Below are positions 41,001-50,000 of a DNA stretch of 64,000 nucleotides, piece by piece; the first letter of the stretch is position 1, and each line of letters begins with the position of its first letter. The stretch spans positions 15,314,001 through 15,378,000 of the forward strand of contig CM119380.1 of the NCBI GenBank assembly GCA_051294905.1, in the 5' to 3' direction. This stretch comes from Botryllus schlosseri (Eukaryota). The notes under the pieces are model-generated. The model saw only the letters and a list, made by a program, of their open reading frames with translations. It made no database searches and was not told the DNA's origin. The position numbers were made by a program, and so were the translations under genes.

Positions 41001-44000
41001 ATTGTATCATTACCGCTAACAGATGGGGATGTAGCTCAGATGGCAGAGCGCGCGCTTAGCATGTGCGAGGTACCGGGATCGATGCCCGGCATTTCCATTG
41101 ACTGTATTTTTCCCTTTCGTTTTCACTAGGATCATCATGTTTTCAACATGATTGCATCACTGCAGCTAACAACCGGGGATGTAGCTCAGATGGTCGAGCG
41201 CGCGCTTAACATGTCCGAGGTACCGGGATCGATGCCCGGCATCCCCAATGACTGTATTTTCCCTTCCGTTTTCACTAGGATCATCATGTTTTCAACATGA
41301 TTGCATCACTACAGCTAACAATTGGGGATGTAGCTCAGATGGTAGAGCGCGCGCTTAGCATGTGCGAGGTACCGGGATCGATGCCCGGCATCTCCAATGA
41401 CTGTATTTCTCCCTTCCGTTTTCACTAGGATCATCGTCTTTTGTACATGATTGTATCATTACCGCTAACAGATGGGGATGTAGCTCAGATGGCAGAGCGC
41501 GCGCTTAGCATGTGCGAGGTACCGGGATCGATGCCCGGCATTTCCAATGACTGTATTTTTCCCTTCCGTTTTCATTAGGATCATCATGTTTTCAACATGA
41601 TTGCATCACTGCAGCTAACAATCGGGGATGTAGCTCAGATGGTAGAGCGCGCGCTTAGCATGTGCGAGGTACCGGGATCGATGCCCGGCATCTCCAATGA
41701 CTGTATTTTTCCCTTCCGTTTTCACTAGGATCATCATGTTTTGAACATGATTGCATCAGTACAGCTAACAATTGGGGATGTAGCTCAGATGGTAGAGCGC
41801 GCGCTTAGCATGTGCGAGGTACCGGGATCAATGTGCGAGGTACCGGGATCAATGCCCGGCATCTCCAATGACTGGATTTTTCCCTTCCGTTTTCACTAGG
41901 ATCATCATGTTTTCAACATGATTGCATCAGTACAGCTAACAATTGGGGATGTAGCTCAGATGGTAGAGCGCGCGCTTAGCATGTGCGAGGTACCGGGATC
42001 AATGCCCGGCATCTCCAGTGACTGTATTTTTCCCTTCCGTTTTCACTAGGATCATCATGTTTTCAACATGATTGCATCAGTACAGCTAACAATTGGGGAT
42101 GTAGCTCAGATGGTAGAGCGCGCGCTTAGCATGTGCGAGGTACCGGGATCGATACCCGGCATCTCCAATGACTGTATTTTTCCCTTCCGTTTTCACTAGG
42201 ATCATCATGTTTTCAACATGATTGCATCAGTACAGCTAACATTTGGGGATGTAGCTCAGATGGTAGAGCGCGCGCTTAGCATGTGCGAGGTACCGGGATC
42301 GATACCCGGCATCTCCAATGACTGTATTTTTCCCTTCCGTTTTCACTAGGATCATCATGTTTTCAACATGATTGCATCAGTACAGCTAACAATTGGGGAT
42401 GTAGCTCAGATGGTAGAGCGCGCGCTTAGCATGTGCGAGGTACCGGGATCGATGCCCGGCATCTCCAATGACTGTATTTCTCCCTTCCGTTTTCACTAGG
42501 ATCATCGTCTTTTGTACATGATTGTATCATTACCGCTAACAGATGGGGATGTAGCTCAGATGGCAGAGCGCGCGCTTAGCATGTGCGAGGTACCGGGATC
42601 GATGCCCGGCATTTCCAATGACTGTATTTTTCCCTTCCGTTTTCATTAGGATCATCATGTTTTCAACATGATTGCATCACTGCAGCTAACAATCGGGGAT
42701 GTAGCTCAGATGGTAGAGCGCGCGCTTAGCATGTGCGAGGTACCGGGATCGATGCCCGGCATCTCCAATGACTGTATTTTTCCCTTCCGTTTTCACTAGG
42801 ATCATCATGTTTTGAACATGATTGCATCAGTACAGCTAACAATTGGGGATGTAGCTCAGATGGTAGAGCGCGCGCTTAGCATGTGCGAGGTACCGGGATC
42901 AATGTGCGAGGTACCGGGATCAATGCCCGGCATCTCCAATGACTGGATTTTCCCCTTCCGTTTTCACTAGGATCATCATGTTTTCAACATGATTGCATCA
43001 GTACAGCTAACAATTGGGGATGTAGCTCAGATGGTAGAGCGCGCGCTTAGCATGTGCGAGGTACCGGGATCAATGCCCGGCATCTCCAGTGACTGTATTT
43101 TTCCCTTCCGTTTTCACTAGGATCATCATGTTTTCAACATGATTGCATCAGTACAGCTAACAATTGGGGATGTAGCTCAGATGGTAGAGCGCGCGCTTAG
43201 CATGTGCGAGGTACCGGGATCGATACCCGGCATCTCCAATGACTGTATTTTTCCCTTCCGTTTTCACTAGGATCATCATGTTTTCAACATGATTGCATCA
43301 GTACAGCTAACATTTGGGGATGTAGCTCAGATGGTAGAGCGCGCGCTTAGCATGTGCGAGGTACCGGGATCGATACCCGGCATCTCCAATGACTGTATTT
43401 TTCCCTTCCGTTTTCACTAGGATCATCATGTTTTCAACATGATTGCATCAGTACAGCTAACAATTGGGGATGTAGCTCAGATGGTAGAGCGCGCGCTTAG
43501 CATGTGCGAGGTACCGGGATCAATGCCCGGCATCTCCAGTGACTGTATTTTTCCCTTCCGTTTTCACTAGGATCATCATGTTTTCAACATGATTGCATCA
43601 GTACAGCTAACAATTGGGGATGTAGCTCAGATGGTAGAGCGCGCGCTTAGCATGTGCGAGGTACCGGGATCAATGTGCGAGGTACCGGGATCAATGTGCG
43701 AGGTACCGGGATCAATGCCCGGCATCTCCAATGACTGTATTTTTCCCTTCCTTCTTCACTAGGATCATCATGTTTTCAACATGATTGCATCATTACAGTT
43801 AACAGTTGGGGATGTAGCGCAGATGGTAGAGCGCGCGCTTGGCATGTACGAGTTACCGGGATCGATGCCCGGCATCTCCAATGACTGTGTTTTTCCCTTC
43901 CGTTTGCACTAGAATCATCGTCTTTGCAACATGATTGTATCAATACAGCTAACAGATGGGGATGTAGATCAGATGGTAGAGCGCGCGCTTAGCATGTGCG

Positions 44001-47000
44001 AGGTACTGGAATCGATGCCCGGCTTCTCCAGAGGCGATTTTCCAATCCCTCGTACAATTTCCTTGGGCCCATTCTACTACTCTACCAATGACGAATCATA
44101 GGTTGTAATATCAACGTGATTTGCTATGCTTTGTGATGTAGTGAGACGCGATTTGGTGGGGACAAACGCGCTTTTCGTCGTTCCTCAATACGCCAGTGGT
44201 GATACAACGAGGCCAACACTGGCCGAGTGACCATACCCACATATCCACGAAAGTATCGCCCCATTGCTGATGCAAGAATCTCATTCGTTTGAAAGCCGCT
44301 TTGTATCGACACTTGTCGTCTAGATTGAATTCTTCGTGGGGAGTTACGGAGCACGGGAATCTCATGCTGCACCAAGCCTTTTTCGCGCCCTACCGAATCA
44401 TACACGAAGGCGGAATCGACCCTCTAATCCGCGGACTCATCTCAAAGCCGATGAAGGTATACGATCCTGCACTGCGAATAAATGTGTGGGCAATATGGTT
44501 TCGGTTGGTGAAATGAGAAAACTCCACGATTTCGTCCATTCCTTCATAGCGCCGTAAATATATACCGTATTAATTGTCGAAGCAGCAAATTCCAAGGAAT
44601 TTTTAACTACTTCTATAGTGGAATTAGAGAATGAAGAGTGCGAAAAGTGCTTAATTAGCTCGTTTCATCAAGTTGATTTGGTTGCTGGCTCGCATACTTT
44701 TAGAAGTTAGTCGGAGGCGGACACTTTCAAAATGAGACGATGTATCTTCGCAACGAAAGCATAATGACTAACGGCACTACAAATAGGTGCATTCAGTGTA
44801 TTCAGTTGCCGTGGTACCGGGGCTTTTTCACGCGGTTCTTATGGCAACTCCACCTGTAAATGAGATACAAACTTATGAGACATAACTATACGTTCTACTT
44901 TGCGAAATCCGAGCTATAAAAAGAGTAGTTTTGAGTAAGATAGTGTTTTGGTAGAAGTGGGAGCAGTCTTCAGTACAGATAAAAGGTGAAAGTACTTTGA
45001 TACTGACTATCTCTGTATATCTACATGTGGAATGGAGAATTCGACCCATTTACACCAACGTATTTGAATGTATCACTTACTGGAATGTGCGGATGACTTT
45101 ATTCACACTTTATTCAGGATGGCTATCGATAGATTTCACAATTTTCGTTTAAAGTGTATATTTTGAATGGGGGTTCAAATTCTGAAATTATCAATCGCGC
45201 TTTTCCATCCGCTAGGCTCGCGCCTCCGATTCCAACATGAACATCGAACTGGTCGAGCGACTGTTTGAACTCGCGGAGGACGTGGCGCTGGATCTCGGCG
45301 CGTTGAACATACAGCGCGGAAGGGACCACGCCCTGCCGTTTTACAACGACTGGCGGGAATACTGCAATCTTACGCGGGCGAGCACCTTCGATGACCTGGC
45401 GGAAGAAATTTCAAACGCAGAAGTGAGTCTGACACGCCCGCGCTGCCGGTTTAATTGAGAGTCCGCGTCTGTGCACGCGGGAGGATGGCGAAATTTAGAT
45501 TTAAACTTTACATTGGTAATACTCAAAATGTACGTAGAGACATTTCTAATCATCCGTTTTGTGCAAGTGCAACATGTAGGCCCACCCATAGAAGTAACAA
45601 GAAGTTGTCAATAACGAAGGACTAGCCTAATGCTTTTGCAGAATGCTTGAGTCGATGCTGCCTGCTTGTGCTACTTTTTGACTACTTCTACTTCACAGTA
45701 TTTTAGCCATAGATACTTATTTTTATGCTTTGGACTTTGTTAAGTAGTTTCTTTGATCTGTCCACATCGCTTCTAGAAGTGGAATTGCCGCAATGAGTGG
45801 GTTGGGTGAAATAGCTACTGGATTACGGGAACTGAATATATTTGTGGCCCCTCGACAAAATCTACGTTTTCAAAGCATTTACTTCAGAACCTTTCAGACC
45901 TTTTATTTTTATGCGTCTAGTTTAAGTGATTTTGGCATGTCTTGTAAATCACTAGTACTACTTGTAATTGAGTAGAAATCTACTTCTACTTGAGTACTTG
46001 ACTTGTGACTCGAAAGTAGTGACTTGATCCCAACACTGATATCGACCCATTTACTGTACGGAACGCATTGTACAGTTAGAGCCAAAGCCGATATTATTGT
46101 GTACTGGCAACCGCTTTTTTATTCGCTCGGATATCATGGACAACGACTCGAATGGGCATACCATTTTGCATTTCCGATGACAAAGGTTAATATGTCAACA
46201 TAGGGGCGGGGTTTGCGAATTATAAATTCCTCAACGTTCACGCGTTTATATCAATACTACAGGAACGCAAATGTCCCTTCATTCTGTTGGCTGCTTTCGC
46301 GATTCCATTCCATCTTCCCTTCCTGCAAAGACGCGACAATGAAATCTGAGAGCTATGAAAATTTAAGGATAATCGTAAATGTTTATGAATGAAACTGCAC
46401 AATAAGTTAACATTCACACTGTAAAGTAACATTTGAGCGGGGCTGGAGGCGTGTATAAGCCGAATATATATATGTAACTCTCGGTTGTGCTGCTGAAATT
46501 ACCAGAGACTGTCCAAGTAGTCAGCCTTGTTGCTCAAGTAGAATGATTGCAAAGAGTCGACATGCACAACTTTGCTTTAAGTGGAGGTACAGAACTACAA
46601 GAGATAAAAGTAATCAGGTAAAGGCTCAAAGCGTAGATTCGGTCGCGGGGTTGCTTACTTTTTAGCAGTTACTCGTAGGTGACTACAGCAGATTTAAGGG
46701 TGTATCTTCGCGACTAACGCACAATCACCAATGATACTGCAAATAGATGCAAACATGCAATATACGTAAATATAGTCAATTACCGTAATACAGGGGCTAT
46801 TTCGACCAGTTGTTATGACTATTTCACTTATGAGACAGATAAAAATTTAATTTCCACTTCTAATTTCAAAATTCAAGGTGCTGTAAAAAGTAAGTAGTTT
46901 TGCTGGAAAAGTGTGAAGCGGAATCCATGTAAAAATATAACCACTCTAGTAATTAGCGCAAGAAGGCCTCTTGACAGTTTAGCGCCGTACAAATCCGATC

Positions 47001-50000
47001 GATACGCCCGGAGCCACTTTGTATCCGGTTCACCGCATATTACGACGCGCATGTCATGCGTTCTACTTTTCAGGTCCGGCAGCGCTTGCAGAACGTGTAC
47101 GGCACTACGGAAAACATCGACGCCTTCGTCGGCATGATCCTGGAAGACGTGACGCCCGACTCCAGGCTGGGCCCAACGCTGGCGTGCATCATCGCCGGCC
47201 AGTTCCGGCGCGTACGCGACAACGACCGCTTCTGGTACGAGAACCCGGGCGTGTTCGAACCCGCCCAGCTCACCGAGATCCGGCAGACTTCGCTGGCGAT
47301 GATCATATGCGAAAACACGGACGGCATCGGCAGCGTGCCGAAGGACGTTTTCGTAAACACAGCGGTGGCGGATTTCGTGCCGTGCAGCGAAATTCCGCGG
47401 TTGGATCTCACGGCGTGGAAGGAGTGTTGCGAATCTTGCGCTGATGAGGACGGCGACGGGACTACTCTCAGCTCGCACGTGAGGAGGCAGAGAAGGAGCG
47501 CGCAGAGTTCGGGAGAAGATAGAACTCATTCGAAAGGCGGAAGGAAGAGTAAGTGCGATTGTCGAACGGGTGCTGAAATGTTCGGTCGCTGTACAATACA
47601 GATATGGAGAGAGATAGGCGTATTTACCAGATTTTCACCGTAGGGGGGGTTAATCGGTAGACTATAGTTACCTGATTTCAACCATAGAACTATTAATAGT
47701 TAATTTTCCAGATTTCCGCCATAGGGTGGTTAAAAGGAGCATTACCGGGTTTCAGCAATAGGGCTCTTCGTAGGTGAGTCGCCAGATTTCAACCATAAGG
47801 TGGTTAATATGTGTATTTATTTGTCTATTTCAGCCATAGGGAGAGAAATATGTGTATTAATCACATTTCTACAACAGGGAAGGGTGAAAATCATCCCATC
47901 GGCACTCGTTGGTACCGAATTTGAATATTCTGCTTTCACGTCCATTGTAATAAGCGAAACGAGTAGGGCCGGCCAAAATCGAGTACCTGAGAGATGCGAT
48001 TCTGAATCACGTCTTATGCTTCGAGTCGAGTAATCGAGTATCACTCATTATGACGCGATAACAGAATGTAAAATGTCCAAGTTCAAATATGCATGATTTA
48101 TGCCACCACAAAGAATATAATGCCTGTTATGAATTACTTGGGTAGTTTTTCGACCATACCGATTTCGTTGTACTTCGTGACAATGTTGTGGGATGATCTG
48201 GACTTCGGACATGTGTTATTTCCAGGAACGTTCGTAGCTTTGGACTATATGTTTCGCATGCTGCGATAGGCCAATCATGGTTTCAAGGTTTCCAGAATGG
48301 AAAATAGTACCGAAATTACCATTTTAGTTTATAAATTAACTTGCGGTAGCGAGGAGCGTATGATTATAGTACTCGAAAAAGTCGTCTTTTACTACTCGAC
48401 TCGAATCATTAAAATTGTTACTCGATTCAGATTCGAGTACTCGAATCATTGTGCCCAGCTCTAGAAACGAGTCAAATACATCATACCTTATGAAGATATA
48501 TCCCATGGAGTGCAATGGATTCTGTTTGCAGGTGGCATTTTTTAGCATTCATGGGCTGTTTCACGAATATGAAATCCATTCCATTCTTGTGATATGTCTC
48601 CTCAGGAATTGGCGTTTGATTATTCGTTTTATCCCGTTGGAATGGTGAAGCAAGCCTTTATATTTGAAAGTGCCGTTAACCTGATTTTCACCGGCTGCCT
48701 TCGTCGATACCGACGAAATAACTATAACTTACAGTGTGGTGCTTCCGGTGCGATCGGTTGGAATTGGAAGTTATTGCAACTTTTAGTTCCTGAGCGAGCG
48801 AGTCGACGAGATAACGAACGTATAGTTGTAAGACGTCAAGCTTCTCGGTCGGTTATAAGTTGATTTTCATTGCGGAAAACTTATATCGTGCCTTTGAAAT
48901 GTCCCCTGCTTGAAAACTATTGATAAATTTCGGATCAAAGTATTTTAGCATCAAATTCAGCATCAAAGTATATGCCGCATTTCGCATACTATAAGGCCTT
49001 GCTGACTCATAAGTCTACTATATGATACTAAAGTCTAAACCTGTGGTTCCCAACCTTTTTCCACCCGCGTACCATTTCGAGGTTTTATGCAGTGCTCGCG
49101 TACCACCTGCATAAGTGACGTGCGCCAAAGGCGGTCAACAATTTTTCCACCGCTTTGAGCTGCCGAAGACAGCGAAACAGAAAATAAACTGCCAATTTTA
49201 AGGTGCAGGTGGGACTATTGGGAATTCTTGTGTTCAAATATATTAAAACGGAATTTAGTTACGTAACAATCCCAATGCTTTACGATTAGATCTCTTCCCC
49301 GTAGGCCAGGGGTGGCCAACCATTTTGCCGTTCTCAGCCGCAAATTTCAACTACTCATGGAACCCACGGCCGCATTCCAGGGCATAGTCGTATCGTAATT
49401 AACTATAGGTGGGCAAGATCCATGTCCGGTGAACTCCGGACTAATCTATATATTCATATTGGCTTGCTATACACACCGAAATCGCGAGTGGTCACTGGTG
49501 ATGACAGGGGACCGACAGCATTGCTGCGCGAAGCGCGAATTTTTTGAAGATTTACTAATGAATTTCGTGATTAATATTAGTAGTTTTACATATTACTATC
49601 AAACATTTATCCTTTCTCGGCACATGGGTGCCGTCATATTCACCGGTAAAGTTGATGGAAGGGGTGTTTTCGGAAATGCAGGGCAAGTTATAAATGATGA
49701 TGCATCTTCGGGTGGGCCAATTGTTATTAGTCACTTTGTTGCATGCTATTATTTCTTGACCTCCCATCAGGATTGTCGGTATAGTGAGGAATACACGATT
49801 CCGAGTTGGTATTATGGGGCGCTTCCTTTTCCTCTACTCTTCGAATCTGAAATGTGGGGCTCTAATTGCAACGGGCCCTACTATATTAAAATCGAAAAAT
49901 GAAGACACATTGAATCGCGCCCACAGCGCGAAGAAAATTTCTACATTAATTAAAATCTATCAAGAAATCGGGAGTCAATTCATAAATTCAAATTGCATGT

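Larger units (their letters stand above)
40576..44030 (+). repeat. Tandem array of 23 tRNA-Ala gene units, ~150-bp period, in peroxidasin intron 27
   Basis: Each unit is a 73-nt tRNA body (GGGGATGTAGCTCAGATGGTAGAGC...CTTAGCAT...GGATCGATGCCCGGCATCTCCA) plus a ~77-nt spacer containing a T4-T5 run. Confidence 0.97.

Noticed and set aside
40576-44030. CRISPR-like appearance of the repeat array
   Set aside because: The repeats are tRNA genes, the spacers are near-identical rather than unique, the context is eukaryotic and no cas genes are present.
40576-44030. T-loop GGATCGA instead of GGTTCGA as a sign of pseudogenes
   Set aside because: A54 is a known feature of many eukaryotic tRNA-Ala(AGC) species and is uniform across the array.
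46873-47529. 218-aa minus-strand ORF (and the 47070..47411 and 47019..47444 ORFs)
   Set aside because: Shadow frames of GC-rich peroxidasin exon 30; no recognisable motifs.
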